Shown piece by piece: positions 1 to 16,078 of a stretch of 64,000 nt of DNA. Origin of the DNA: the human T2T-CHM13v2.0 reference genome, Homo sapiens. The notes under the pieces are model-generated. The model was not told the origin of the DNA. It made no database searches and was given only the letters and a program-made list of their open reading frames with translations. The stretch is from NCBI RefSeq assembly GCF_009914755.1, contig NC_060947.1; one strand, given 5' to 3'. A program made the translations under genes and the position numbers. The first letter of the stretch is position 1. Each line of letters opens with the position of its first letter.

Positions 1-136
1 AACATGTATCTTCACCAGAATAGCATTTTGCGTACCACTAGTTAGTAACAAGAACCATAATGACTAGTCCTATTATTTCCCATAAAGATGGCAGTTTTTC
101 AAAAAGCTAATAGAAATACCTCCTGCACAAATTTAC

Positions 137-228
137 CTGGTTCTCCTGTCGGGGATGAGGTGAATCAAGTAAGTTGAATGAAGGCCGGGAAGCCTGAAAT
201 AACTTCGTAGGAAGATACATGTGAACAT
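137..228 (-). CDS. PHKA1: PHKA1 coding exon 20 (92 nt)
   Basis: Minus strand encodes (N)[30 protein letters not shown]; CAG acceptor, GTAAAT donor; matches recalled PHKA1 protein. Confidence 0.95.
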
Positions 229-1647
229 CTGCAAAAATATGACATTTATGGGAAATATTAGGTAATTAGGAGACTAATAGAAATGCACAGTTGACTTCAA
301 CAATTAAGTCACATGTGAGTCAGTTCTTCATAGAACAAGAATGACAAATTTCTCCTTTCTTGGTAATATCAAAGAAAATAAATATGAATATAAGATAATT
401 TAAATAATGTGCAATTAATAAGTATATTTTGAATTGAATTTCTAGAATTATAGCACTAGCTGGACATGTAAGATATTAAATTTACTAATGTGATTAATCC
501 ACGATGGTGCGTTCACTGATACTTTGATGGAATACGACATATAATAGAAAGAACTCAGTTGCATTTTCTATTTTCCGAACTTTTCTAGGTGAATATCTGG
601 CTGCTAGTGGTTAAATTTCCCTAAGAATAAGTGAATGGATGATCCTATCTAGGGAATAAGAAAAATGTAGTTGCTGACCAACTTTGAGATATTCCTAAGA
701 TTTTTTACTTACAGTTCATTGTTGAAATACTTACCATCACTTCTAAGGAAAGATTTGTAATTTTCACCACTTTACAGATACAGAAAGAGAGATACAGAGC
801 TCAAATAACTGTTCAAGCAAGTAAGTAGCAGAGCTGGGAATTAAGCCCAAGTTTTCTGGTTCACAATTGAGAAGTATAACAATAAATTTCATCTCTTCAT
901 ATAAGCCCTTTCTCGAGGAAGCATACTCAGAGGGTATGCTGAGCTTTTCCCTATTATAAATGTTAAATGATTCCCAATGTTCATGTTTAATGTATTTGGT
1001 TAGTAATGGTCAATAAAGTTTTAGACAGCAAGAGCATGCATCTCAGTCATTCTCCTCATCTGTAAAATGTTAACATTCAGGTCTTCTAGGTGTGGCCAAG
1101 GAGCCCTTCTCTCCTTTCATATCCAGCTACTATAAAGACATTGAACACTCTTAGGAACTATGACTACTCCTGGCAATGTGTGGCAGAAGACACCCTCCAC
1201 TGTGAATACAACTGAAGGAGGGTAGTGGCCATGGGGAGAAGAATGGCAAAGTTGTAAAGAATGAGTATTATATTTGACAAAACAGCTCTACATTGCTGGA
1301 ACAACAAGAAAATTCCATAGAAGTAATTTTCCCAAAGGAAAAACCCTTTCTACCATTTCAAACTTTAATGTTATAGTTGAATATGCTCCATGTCTCTTGT
1401 TCTGCCTCTTCTTACCATGTTACCAGTTAAACCAGACTACATAGCACTACCTGCAGCATAACTATACACAATTCACTCATTTTACAAATATTTGAGTGTC
1501 TAATATGTTCTAGGTGCTGTCTGAGATGCGGGGGATAAAGCAGTGAAGAAAACTAAAGTTCCTGCTTACATTGTAATCAATGCCCGCCCCTATCCTGGGC
1601 TTCACGTCATCCTGTGCCTGACTCTGGTGAGTCACGGCATTACTCAC

Positions 1648-1824
1648 TCTGTACATGCAGTTCCTTGGCCTTGGTCACCAAGGACATTAAGTCGCAGGTT
1701 GTTTGCACAGCAGCTTGGAACCGATCTAGCCCTCCCTTCTGTGAGGTAGGGGCTAGTTTAGGATGGGGAGCAGTGTGCGCCAAAAGGTGATCTAAATAAC
1801 GAGCAACTTCATCACCACAGCGAG
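1648..1824 (-). CDS. PHKA1: PHKA1 coding exon 19 (177 nt, symmetric phase 1-1; the 59-aa alpha/alpha-prime cassette)
   Basis: (A)[58 protein letters not shown]; TGCAG acceptor, GTGAGT donor. Confidence 0.95.
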
Positions 1825-4031
1825 CTGCAAGGTTAGTGGGGGGAGGGGGAAGAGAAAAGAATGAAAATATTTTAGTTACTTTACAATCTACCCCAGCAAA
1901 GAGAATGATTGGCTCCTGTGCTCACAACACAGCACCAGAAGTAGGTTGTTTTTAGCTCATGGAGGAAAAGCTTGTGATCATGATATAACCTCATCACTTT
2001 AAGATCCAGTGACCATGGCCATTTACTAGGATCCACCTCCTCTTCAACTTGCTGAGACAAGGTCAGGGTTCTTGAAAGCAGTATGAGCTTGTTTTACATT
2101 GGAGCAAGCATTTAGCAATCTGTGTATTTGTGTGTGTGCATGTGATAGTAATGGTGGCAGGGATGGAGGAGGAACAGAACAGGGAGCTTCAGGTCACACT
2201 AATGTGAGGGGACTTTGGTGAGGAAGGGCCAGGAAAGGGCAAAAATCTTCTTAGTCACCTCGTTTGTTTACTCAGCAAATATTTGTTGGCTGCTATGTAC
2301 CAGGCAGTGTACTAGGTGCTGACATTTCAGTGGTGAAGAGGATGGATATGGTCCCTATCTTCTTGGGCTCCCCTTCTCCCATATACCTTCTATAACATTA
2401 TCTCTGAGTATGGGTAATGGAAAGAAAAACATACATATATCCTGTGGAAGCTTAATATTTCAGACTTTACATGAATATTCACAAGGTTTATAGTTAGAAA
2501 AACACACTATTCAGATCGATACCAAAGTCTGCTGTATCAGTCATGAGTCTTCTGGTTTTTGATGATATTTACTGATCTCTCCAGATGTCTTTCTGTGCTC
2601 TGATGTGACTAATGCGAACTAGTAGAGCTGTAAGAATGGAGCTCATATTCAGTGACATCCTAATGACAAAGATTGTAACCTTGAATACAATCTAGAGACT
2701 TGAGTGGAGGATTATGAAGAATATGGAGAGAAGCTCTTTACCCACAGAAGGGCTGGCAAGCAATAAATACATTCATTTTGAGAACACTGATGAGTAAACC
2801 CGGAACTAGGAAAGTGACTCAGAATGCCATAATGTCAAATTCAGTAACACGTATCATTAGAAATATATATTTTAGTAATCCAATGGAATGAGTACTACAG
2901 ATAAAAATCACAACTACCCATAGAAGAGCAAACAATCTCAATATATGATCTTCTCATTTAATTTTCAAAGTATTTTATGCCAAGACATCATGACTTTTGT
3001 TATTACTGATAACAGTAAATAGCCTTGTATTTAATGTACTTTTCCAACAAAGAAATTCAACTGTTTTAGATCTTACAAAAACAAACACAGAATGAATGAA
3101 GTGGTGCTTAGTGAGTAAATGTCGGGCCCAAAAAAGAAAATAGTCCTTCTGACTGCTAATGTGTTGTCCTATTGTATGAGATTGTGCTGGCTGACCTCAC
3201 TGAGGGCAGCAAATTTATTTTTTTCTTTTCTCCAACATACCACTCTTAAGATAAAGAAATTGGCTGCCTTAAGATACAGGCTAACAGTCAAATACCCAGA
3301 CAATGAAAGCAGGCAAATCATATTTTAGAGGGCTAGACAAATAATTCTTTCTTATTGGCCCTTCTCTGTATGAAATTCAAGCAACATAATGCCTGCTCTG
3401 CCTAAGTCAGTATTTTAACACTGTAGGGTAGTGTTGCTCAGTCACTTTCAATGCATGCCCCTGCAATGCTTTCTCACTATATCACCTTTGTATTGCTAGA
3501 AGCCAATTAGAGTTTGACTTAGTTGTATTTGCCTAGTTTGTACTATGAAAATAACAGACATACTGAATAGGCTTTTTCAAACTACACAGACCTCCCCAGA
3601 GATTCCGATATGCTCCTCTAATATTATATGAAAAGGACTCTAATTAAATTTCATATTTTTATGCTTTTTAATGTCAAAAAGCAGTACTGTATATGTATTA
3701 TTTTCCTACTTCATACTTGATTAATCATCTCTCACTCACCACTGCTTCTTCCCATGTCAAAATCACCAGCCACTTCAAATGCCTGGGAGAGGAATCTTCC
3801 CCAATCTTAGTAAGGGACTGTCCAACTCCATACTCCACAATTACCGCAGGAATATTAGACCAGAAACCAAAGGTAAGTAGAGGGAGGAAAAGTAAAGCCA
3901 AACAAAAGTAGAGATCTAGAGTGAGGATAGAACACTGTGAGACTGCTGGCAGCATAAATTATTAAGGATGGTGCTAAACAATATTTTGTAGTTTTGTCCA
4001 GCCAGGCCAGTGCTTTATGAAGCCTCCTTAC

Positions 4032-4198
4032 CATGACTGGTTGAATCATAATCATTCATCCAGTTGCCAGATTCCAGGTAATCATAGTTGTCATCATAAT
4101 CTTCACTGTACAGCTTACCCTCAGGTCCAGGGTCCATGAAGCTCAAGTGTGTGCAACAAGATGTTGTCAAAAACTCTGACAATTTACCTGTTTGAACC
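4032..4198 (-). CDS. PHKA1: PHKA1 coding exon 18 (167 nt)
   Basis: [55 protein letters not shown]; TAG acceptor, GTAAGG donor. Confidence 0.95.
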
Positions 4199-5130
4199 CT
4201 AAAAATTAGAGGAGGATAGAAAACAGAAAATCAGGGGTGATCCTTTTTAAACAACACAATCTTAGTGATAAAAGGACACCTAACATGTTTTGTTGGGGGA
4301 TTACTAATGTGCATACATTAATATAAATTTTATAAAAATAAAATTTTACAGCACTCCTAGGCATGGTGTACATCTTAAATGGTTAGGGGACTGTATTAAT
4401 AAAGGTTACAATTATGGATTAACAATCCACCAGCAGACCAGTTTTGCTCTCTTCTACTGCCATATATTACGTTGCTAACTATGCCAAACATCTGGTAAAA
4501 ATTTGCATTGGCTACTGGAGAAGCCTGGAGAGAATGAAGATAAATCATCACAAACCCATCACTTCATTAAAAAAATACCCAAAGGTCATTTGAACATAAA
4601 GGATGGTACTTGACAATTCTGTAAATTATAGTAGACTGTAAGCCATATCGTCTCCTACTTATGAAGACAATTACAAAACCCAAAAGCAAAGTCAGCATTA
4701 CCAAATTTCTAAAGAGGCCAACTTGAAGGGGCTATCAATGGCCACACCTTGGATAATTAAAATATTGAAATAATAACAGAAATGGATCATGGCATATTGA
4801 ATAAAATAATAATCTATGAATCTGTGCTGATACTAAACTACAAAATAAAAGGGGGGAAGGGAAAGCTCTTTTTTTTAACATAAGAATTTCAACCAATAAA
4901 TGTACACAGAATGATAGAAACACCATTTAATAACTCCAATAGTAATAAGTGAATTCACGCAAGGATCAACGGAAGCTAATACGATTTGATCAAAGACTGT
5001 TGGAGAAAGGATATGCAGAAACCTGGCAGATACCAGGTTGAACACTTTAACCAAGTGATCAAGGTTATCATCACCCAATAATGTCACAAACAAATCTCAT
5101 GTGCCTCTGATATGATGCACTGAAAGAGAC

Positions 5131-5696
5131 TGTAGTAAATTCTTATAATTGTATGTTTCCCTGGCATCTCTTTTGAATATAAGCTTAACTTTCTCATACC
5201 AGAAGCAGAGTTCAGGAATCTTTGACAGTTTCCAGTTCTACACCTCCCTCAGTTCCTCACTGTGGTCAGTCCACATATCTGCCTTATACAACTTCCTCCT
5301 GGTAACCACCTCCCTAAGGGACAGCTAAATATGATCTATTTGACTAGCCTCACTGATCCTCACATCCTACATGAACTATGCCAATATGCCACAGTGACCA
5401 CCTCTCAGTCACAGTGTGACCTCCAGGAAGTCATGCCTACTTGCTTTAAACCCACCAATTAAAACTCCCCAAGGAATATCTGTTTGGATAATGCCCTGGA
5501 CCTCAATAAAGGCATTGGCCCATGGGTCTCTCTTTTTCTCTCTCCACATGCTCCCTGACCTCAGTGTGTGTGGCCTCCAGGTATTCTGTGTACCTCACCT
5601 GCAGGACCTGTAAGTAATAAAATCTTTATTTCCATCTTGTGCCTCTCCTAACCATTGAAGGGGTGCTCTCCATCTTAAAGATCCTAACTTAAAACA
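5131..5696 (+). mobile_element. Solo ERV LTR (LTR47-like)
   Basis: TG...CA termini, AATAAA signals near the 3' end, imperfect short TSD (gagac/aggac); host L1MC resumes after it. Subfamily from recall. Confidence 0.65.
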
Positions 5697-6009
5697 AGGA
5701 CCCAACATCACACAGGTAGTATTCCTGCCAAAAACATGTAGCCTGAATCTAATAATGAGAAACAACCAGCCAAATCCAAATTGTGAGATGTTCTGCAAAA
5801 TAACTGACCTGCATTCTTCAAAAATGTAATGAAAACTCTCATGAAAGATTGACAAAAGGCTGGAGAACTCTTCTAGATTAAAAGATACCAAAGAGATATA
5901 ACAACTAACTGCTAACATGTGATCTTTGATTGGATCCTGGATTGGTGGGAAAACAGCTATGATAAAACATTATTGGGATAATTGGGTAACTGTTCTTATT
6001 TCTCCTTCT

Positions 6010-6928
<919 letters not shown>

Positions 6929-7464
6929 TAGGGTTGAAGAGTTATGATGTCTATGGCTAATTATTTTAGCAAAAAAGCATGTGTGTACATGTGTGTATAT
7001 ATATGTATATATATATAAAACACATAGTATATGTAGTATGTACGTGTGTGTGTGTATATGCATATGTATGTGTATGGGAGGATGTAGGGAGGAAGAGAGA
7101 AAGGAAGGGGGGAAAGGCAGGAAGGGAGGGAAGGGAAGAAATAGAGAATGCACAGTGGGACAAAATGTTAATAACAGGTGAATCTTGAGAAAGGGTATAT
7201 GGGTGTTCAGTAGTATTCTTGCAAATTTCTGTAAGCTGGAAATTTTTCAAAATAAAAACTTAAGTGGAAAAAGAAAAGAAAAGCAGCTGGAATCAAATAA
7301 TCCAGTAGGCATTAAAAAAACAAAACAAAACAGGTTTTCTGATCCTTTGAGATCTAGGCAAAGAACAGGGTAGGAAAAACTTCCAACCTTCCTCTACAAC
7401 ATTAAATTCCTTGATTCAATCTATCAAACTCCTCTAAGTAGGATGGGATTATGTTATCGAAGAT

Positions 7465-7803
7465 ACAGTTAGCCCCCGCTTACTCCTGCAGGATATGTTC
7501 CAAGACCCCCTTGTGGATTCCTGAAACTGCAGATAGTACTGAACCTTATATATATACTGTGTTTTTTCTTATACATACATACCTATGATATAGTTTAATT
7601 TATAAATTAAGCATAGTAAGAGCTCAAAATAATAATGAAATAGAACAATTATAACAATATACTATAATAAAAGTTATGTGAACGTAGTCTCTCTCTCTGT
7701 CTCAAAATATCTTATTGTACTGTACTCACCTATTTGCAGACTACAGGTTGACCACGGGTAACTGAAATATCGGAGTCAAATTGTAGATAAGGGGGGACTA
7801 TCA
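7465..7803. mobile_element. MER2 (TcMar-Tigger MITE)
   Basis: tacagttagcccccgctta ... gataaggggggacta degenerate terminal inverted repeats; ttccaagacccc core. Confidence 0.8.
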
Positions 7804-7893
7804 TACACAGAAAGGCATCACAGGTATGCCACTACTATATCCAGCCCCTTAATTTCATTTCATTTCACTAAAGAGTGTATAGAGGTCACTTAC

Positions 7894-7972
7894 CTTGCCC
7901 CACCAAAATACCCATCTTGCATTTTTCGGAGTGCTGCCAGGATACTTGAATTCAAGCTTGTTCCATCTTCAT
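7894..7972 (-). CDS. PHKA1: PHKA1 coding exon 17 (79 nt)
   Basis: (D)[25 protein letters not shown](R); AAG acceptor, GTAAGT donor. Confidence 0.95.
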
Positions 7973-8185
7973 CTTGAAATGAACAGAATTTTAAAACAAT
8001 CTTTGTGGTTTTAACTCTGAAGTAGGGAGAAATCTTGTAATTATTTCAAATCAACATTCTGGTGGTTACAATACAAATGAGACACTCCTCATTGACCATC
8101 CTGATTTTAACAATTCATCTGAGAGCCAACAACACTTAAGAATGGGTAAATGGTAAGGGATGATGACTGATAGATTTCCTCAAAG

Positions 8186-8221
8186 GCATTATCTTATTTG
8201 TCAGCATTATCTTATTTGTCA
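8186..8221. repeat. Perfect 18-bp tandem duplication
   Basis: gcattatcttatttgtca x2. Confidence 0.9.
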
Positions 8222-8681
8222 GAAGTACTTAGCACAGTGTCTGATGGCAGAACACTGAATGACTACTGAATGCTGATAATACCAGTAGCCACTACTTGTT
8301 GAATGTTATGTGCCAAGCACTGTGCTAAACATTTTATACACATTATCTCATATAAAGAACCTTGGCACATATGTCTGTGTATAGGCATAAAAAATATCTA
8401 GAAAGCTAACAATTACCTGATTTTATGTGGAAGTAATCATACTACATATACTCTTTCATGATCTGCTTTCTAACTTTACCTTTGTAATAGCTAAAAATAA
8501 TTCTTACTAAATTTAGACTGTTTTATATTATAATCAACACTGTAATGAAGACCATTGTACCTACATCTTGATGCACTTATTCTATTATATCCTTAGGTTA
8601 AATTCTTACAAGTAGAACTATTAGGACAAATGAAACACTTACTAAGTAAATTTACAGAGACTGCCAAATTACCCACTATAA

Positions 8682-9051
<370 letters not shown>

Positions 9052-9373
9052 TTTCCTACACTTTTAACAACAATGGGCAATAATCTTTTAAATTTTTCTT
9101 AATCTGATAGGTAAAACAAGAAGATATTGTTTTAATTTTATTGCCAATAAGATTATGCATATTTTCATGTATTTACTAAAAATCTGTATTTCTTTTATGA
9201 ATTGCCTGATCATGTCCTTTTCCCATTTTTCCATTAGGTAGTTTATCTTTTTTCAATTGACTTTCAAGAGTTTTTCGTGTTTTGTGGATATTACCCTTTT
9301 CGCTCTCATATGTATGACAAATACTTTATCTAGTTTATTATTTTTCTTTCAACCGCATCCACAGTGCTTTTGA

Positions 9374-9803
<430 letters not shown>

Positions 9804-10945
9804 CTCCCATATTTTTTTCTAAGACTCTCACAGGTTTATTGTTTATGTTTAGCTCTTTAATCTATTTAGAATGTATTTTTGCAAAAAAAGTAAAGTAGCA
9901 AGCCTAAATGAATTATTTTCCCAAATGTATTTATATTAAATTTTGTCTCTATTTGAAATTCTATCTTCATCATTGTTTTAATTACAATGGATCTTTCACT
10001 TTCTTTTTAAAAATCTGGTTATTCATTTACATTTTCTCTTACATATGAAATCAAGGTTCAGCTTGTTCATAAAAATTTATGTTTTTATTATTATTGGGAA
10101 TTGCCTGAATTGATATAATGAAAGTGGGTAATTTCTCAATATTAACTATTTATGTCTAGGAACATGGTGTACCTCTCTACTAATTAAAATATTTTATTGT
10201 CTTCAATAGTTTTATAGTTTTTCTCATACACTTTTATAAGTGTTCCTATTCAGCTTATACTTGTATTCTTACTTTTCTAGAAAATCTGTCAATTTTATCT
10301 AGATGTACAAAATTGTAGTTGGTATTCTTTTACAGTGTTTAAAGTCTCCTCTATTTCTGTTGCTATATCTCCTTTGTCTTTCCTAACACTTTTACTACCT
10401 GTTTTTTTCTTTACTCTGAGTTCTACTTTACCAGATATTAATGTAGCTACTTCTGCTTTTTAAAATTAATGTTTACATGGTATATCTTTTTCCTTCCTTT
10501 TCTTTTCAGTCTACGTATATTGTGATATTTGAACTGATGTATTTAGGCTATTTAAAGTAATTATTGATATGTTAGGATTAAGTTTGCCATTTTATTGTTT
10601 TCTATTTGTACCTCTGTTCTTCATTTGTCTATTTTCTTCTTCCTGCCTTCTTATGGGTTACTTTTACATTTTTTAGAATGCCATTTTGATTTACCTATAC
10701 TGGGTTTGACTGTTATCTCCTTCTATAGGTTTCTTAGTGGTTACTCCAGGCATTGTCTTATATATACAAACATGATGCATATATCACTCTTTACTAGTGT
10801 CAACATTATACCAATTAAAGTGATGTATAGAATCTTATCTCCCATTAAGGTCCTTACTTTTCCCCATTTATAATATACTTGCCTTGAATATTTCTTCTAC
10901 ATACTTTGAGAACTATATTAAGCAATGCTTATCAAGCATAATTTA

Positions 10946-11287
<342 letters not shown>

Positions 11288-14084
11288 TCATATTTTCACT
11301 CCTATTTTTATTTTTTCTTTTTGATGTTTCAAGATTCCATCTATTATTATTTCCTTTCTGTTTCAAGAACTTTCTTCAAACCATTCTTTTAGGGCAGATC
11401 TCCTGCTGACAAATTCACTTAGCTTTCCTACATCTGAGAATGTCTTTTTTCCTTTTATTCTTGAAGTACACTGGATAGGGCAAAATTCTTGGTTTAAAAT
11501 TCTTTTTTTTTTCAGTACTTAAAAAATGTTGTGTCACTTCCCTCTGGTGTCCATGGTTTCTGATGATAAATTTGCTGTCATTCTGTTTGTTGCTTATAGA
11601 AATGGTATTGTTTCTTTCTGGCCACTTTCAAGATATTTCTTCTTTAATGTTCAAGAACTTTATTATTATGTGTTTTGACATGGATTTTATCATGTTTAAG
11701 ATTTTCTCATTTTTTAAAAAATTTGTAGGTTTATGTCTTTTACCAATTTTTCAGTCATTATTAGTTGGAATGCTTTTTCTGATTTTCTCTCATACTTTTT
11801 CTCCTCTTTCTGAAACTTTTATAACATGAATGTTAGATCTTTTTAACGTGAATGTTAAAAAATGTTAAATCTTTTGTTATTAGTCCTACAGGTCTTTGAG
11901 GCTCTGTTCATATTTTTTCAGGTTTTTTTTTTTTTTTTTTTTTTTTACTGTGTTGTTCAGAATGGGTGATTTCTACAGTTCTGTATTCAACTTCACTCTG
12001 TTGTCTCCATTCTGCTACTGGGCCTATCTAGTGAGTTGTCCATCTCAGTTATTATATTTTTCAGTCCTAAAACTTCCATTCAGTTCTTTGTATTTTCAGT
12101 TTCTTTGCTAAGACTTACATTCTACTTTGTCATTAGTTTCAAGTGTGATTGTAATTGTGTGTTAAAGTGTTTTTATGATAACTGTCTTAAAATCTTTGCA
12201 TGATAACACCAACATTTGTTGATATCTGTTGATCACTGACACCACACTGGCTGAAGGGGGAGGAGCTCCTCTACTTTTGGGCGAGGATGAAAGTTTAAGC
12301 TCCCCACTAGCCCTTCTCTGATACTACTCCTAAGAGGGAGAGGGATGCCTCTTCAGAGCTGTGCAAGCGTGGAAGTCTAGAGTCCCCACTCAGTCTCTGC
12401 TGACAGGGGCATAAGTGGGGCCTAGTAAAATAGGGTCTAAAAGTTTTCTGTCTCTCTAGGTTGCTCCTTTCCTGTTCCTTCAGCTAGACAAAGCAGATTT
12501 TCCTTGGGTCTTTAAAAAAACCTGTTTTTCCTTTTTTTTTTTTCTTTTTGTATTTCTGAGATGTCAGCTTCTCTAGCTTCCAGTCCAGGACATATAAGGC
12601 CCAGGATATTTACTGCTCTGCTGTTCTTCAGGTCTTAAAGTCTCTAGCTGATCTGCCTGGTTTCCAACTTTCAGAGTTTTCTTATGTTTGTTTTATATAT
12701 GTCAAGGATTTTTAGCTGCACTTAGCAGGAGGAATAGGGAGAAGTGAGTCTATGCCATCTTGTCTCAAAACTAAAAGTCACTTTTTAAAAGTAGAAGTAT
12801 TTAAGGATATGAAATTTTCTAAATATGATTTTGACCAAATCTCATAAATTATAAGTAGTGGTATCATTTTTCATTTCTAAGAAGCATATAATTTCAAATT
12901 TGACTTTCTCTTTAATCTAATAATTATTTGGGAAAAAATATAATTCCTTTATAGTTAGATTCTTTTTAACTATTCTGTGTTAATTAGTTTTATGTCACGT
13001 ATCTGGCAATATCGTTTGTATGATTTCTACTTTTTAACCATAAACATTCTTTGTGTGTTCTGCCTTTTTGGATACATAGTTATATATACACCCATAAATA
13101 CAAAAATCAAGTTTGTTACTCCTCTATGTCTTTAATTATTTTGTATAATTGATCTGTGACATTCTGATAGAAGTATGTTGTTGTTTCCCATCATGAATAT
13201 ATAATAGTTTTGTGATATTGTCCCTAAGTTTTCTTAAATACTTGCTTTATACATTTAATTCACATTATTGAGTACATAAAATTTTATATATGTTATATCA
13301 TGTTGGTGTACTATTTATCAATATAAAATATCCTTCTTATCCCATTTACTGATTTTTGCCTTGAATTTTATTTGCTATTTTTGATATTAATACTGCGACC
13401 ACTGCTTTCTTGTCAGCATTTACATGATATATCTTTACATATTCTTTTCTTCCATCTTTTTTTATGATTTTATTTTAGGGATATCTATTGTAAATAGCAT
13501 CCACCTGGATGCCATTTATGTATTATTTTTGCTCTTTTATGTATTACAGGAATCTTTGTCTGTAATATGAGAATTTAACTAATCCACATTTCAATGTGAT
13601 CACTAATGTTTATTCTCTTTTCAGCAGCACAAAATTTTCACTGGCAAAAACACACTGTTGTTGGTAATGTTGCAGGGACTGAAAGATCTTGTTTGAGGCC
13701 TGGCTCTGTCACTTACTAGCTTTGTGACTTTGGATAATGAGTACCTGCCTGAATAAGAGTGTTGTAGAGATTTCAAAATAATTAATTGAAAACACTTAGC
13801 TCAGTGCCTGGCACAGAGAAAGTATTCAGTAAATATTACAGTTATTATTGCTATTGTTATTGTTGTTTTTGTTATGTGACCACATATCAAGTACCAAAAA
13901 TGCTTGATTTAAGCCTAGATCTTTAGTTTTATTCTGCTTCCCAAGCTGTGGCTATGTATCTCATCCCAACTCTCAGGTATTTCAATTCTGAAATCTCTTT
14001 GTCACTACAAATTCATGTCCCTTTATAACTGGCTTCTTCATATAAAATGTCTCTGATTCTATCAATGCAGCAACATTTACCTAG

Positions 14085-14457
14085 TGCTATGATCTGAATG
14101 TGCCCCCAAATTCGTTTGTTGAAACTTAATCACCAATGTGATAGCATTAAGAAGTAGGCCATCTAGTGTGATTAAGTCATGAGTGTGCAGCCATCATGGA
14201 TGGGATCGGGGCCCTTATAAAAGGGCTTAAGAGAGTGGGTTTGCTTCTTTTCTGTCCCTTCTACAATGTAAGAACACATGTGTGTCTGCTGCAGAGGATG
14301 AAGCAACAAGGCACCATCTTAGAAGGAGAGACTTCAGGTCCTTCCCAGACACCAAACCTGTCAGCACCTTGATCTTGGACTTCCTAGCTCCCAGAATAGT
14401 ACAAAATAAAATTCTATTGTTTATAAATTACCAACTTTTTGGTATTTTGTTATAGCT
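14085..14457 (+). mobile_element. MaLR LTR (MST/MLT1A-like)
   Basis: tgctatgatctgaatgtg...cccaaattc start; gcaccttgatcttggacttcc...aataaa...ttgttatagc end. Confidence 0.85.
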
Positions 14458-16078
14458 ATCTTAATTCATACCTTATATCTAGTTATCCAATATCTGAGTT
14501 GGGTGTTGCTTAAAATGACTCATATCTTTCTTTTTCATTCTACTTTTATTACCTCCAATCCAGTGTACTTTCTCTTCACCTCATATGTGGATTAGTTTCT
14601 TTGACATCAGTCTCTCCTCACTACAATGTGTACTGTCACCAATAGTCCCCAAACATCATTTTTATCATATTACTCCTTGCTCAAAACCTTTTGATAGTTT
14701 CAGACTTCTGAGAAAAATCTATATTAAATATCTTTGCTTATTTTCAAGGTCTTCATTATTGAACCCTACCTTACTTTTCCCATTTTGCTTATAATTATAC
14801 TCCAACACACAAACTCCACTCTATTCAGGAGAACTTCATTCTCCTCTCACAGGTCAAGTTCATTCTTGCCTCTAGGGCTCACTCATGGTATTTTCCTCCT
14901 CACTTATAGTACCTTTCCTTCTGCTCTCCTGTCATCTGAATACTATCCATTCCAAAAAGCCTGGTTAAGTCCTACCTCAGTTGAGAAATTTTCTTTGTCA
15001 ACTGGATCTCCTTCACTGTAAAATACTGACCTAATGGTTTAGTAATTCTTTATATATTGTCTTAAGTTGTTTCTATCATTCTTGCATATTAGCTTTTCGT
15101 CTCCAATTAGACTTTATACTTTCTGAAGACAATTCTGCAAATATAGTAGTTTTTAAATGGGTACTTGTGTTAACTGTCTTAAGTAATGAAGAAAGACAAA
15201 GAGAAGAAAGACTACCCTACTTCCTCAAATCCTGTGATATTGAAGCACTTTTGAGATGTGACCAAAATCCCTAACAGTCTGTCTGGATTTTGAATGATTA
15301 ATAATAAGGGATTTTTCTTTAATGAAAAGGAATTCTATATACTTTGGCAGTACAAACAGGTCTTTGGAAGCAACAGGAGAAACACAGAAAGGAAGCAGTC
15401 GCTTCAGTATTGGCTCTAGTCCTCCAGGAACTGAGAGAATAATAAAGCCTTTCACCCAGTTTCAAGTAAGCAATGTCAGGAAATCCAGTCAAAAAAAAAA
15501 AAAAAAGAGGAAACGTAAGCCAAAAGCCTTTTGGCTTTTTCCCCTACTAGATTTTACAGCTTCCGTTAGGCTTTGGAAGAAGCAGCCTGGGAAATTATCT
15601 ATAAAATCTTGATGTACCACTAGAGTAAGAAATATGCAGATACAGTATTACTGTCTTTAAAAATAATTGTATGAATAAAATTTCTGAAAATTGACCTAGA
15701 AACTAATTATCTAAAGTAACCACCAACCAAGTTTTAAATTATCCTCCACTACATTTTTTGAATTATAGCTCTCAAACTATCTGAAAACTATTCAATTATA
15801 GCTCTGAAATTACTCTTGTATGTTGATTTATGTATTACATATAGTCTGTCTTCACCTTCTAAAGCATAAGCTCCATGAGAACGGAAACCTCATCTGCCTT
15901 ATTCACTCCATGTGTCCCCAGTGCTTAGAAAAGTGCTTGGCATAAAATAGGAGCCAATAAATACTGCTGAAAGAATAAATTATAAGAAGTAGCTCTCTAG
16001 AAACAACAAGATGTTGAAGGGCTAAATCTATGACTTATTTCCAAAATACATTCGTTCCTTGCCTCATGCAGCCCTTAC

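Noticed and set aside
3869-3877. Strong plus-strand donor AAG|GTAAGT hinting at an antisense transcript
   Set aside because: Isolated 9-mer with no partner acceptor or promoter evidence
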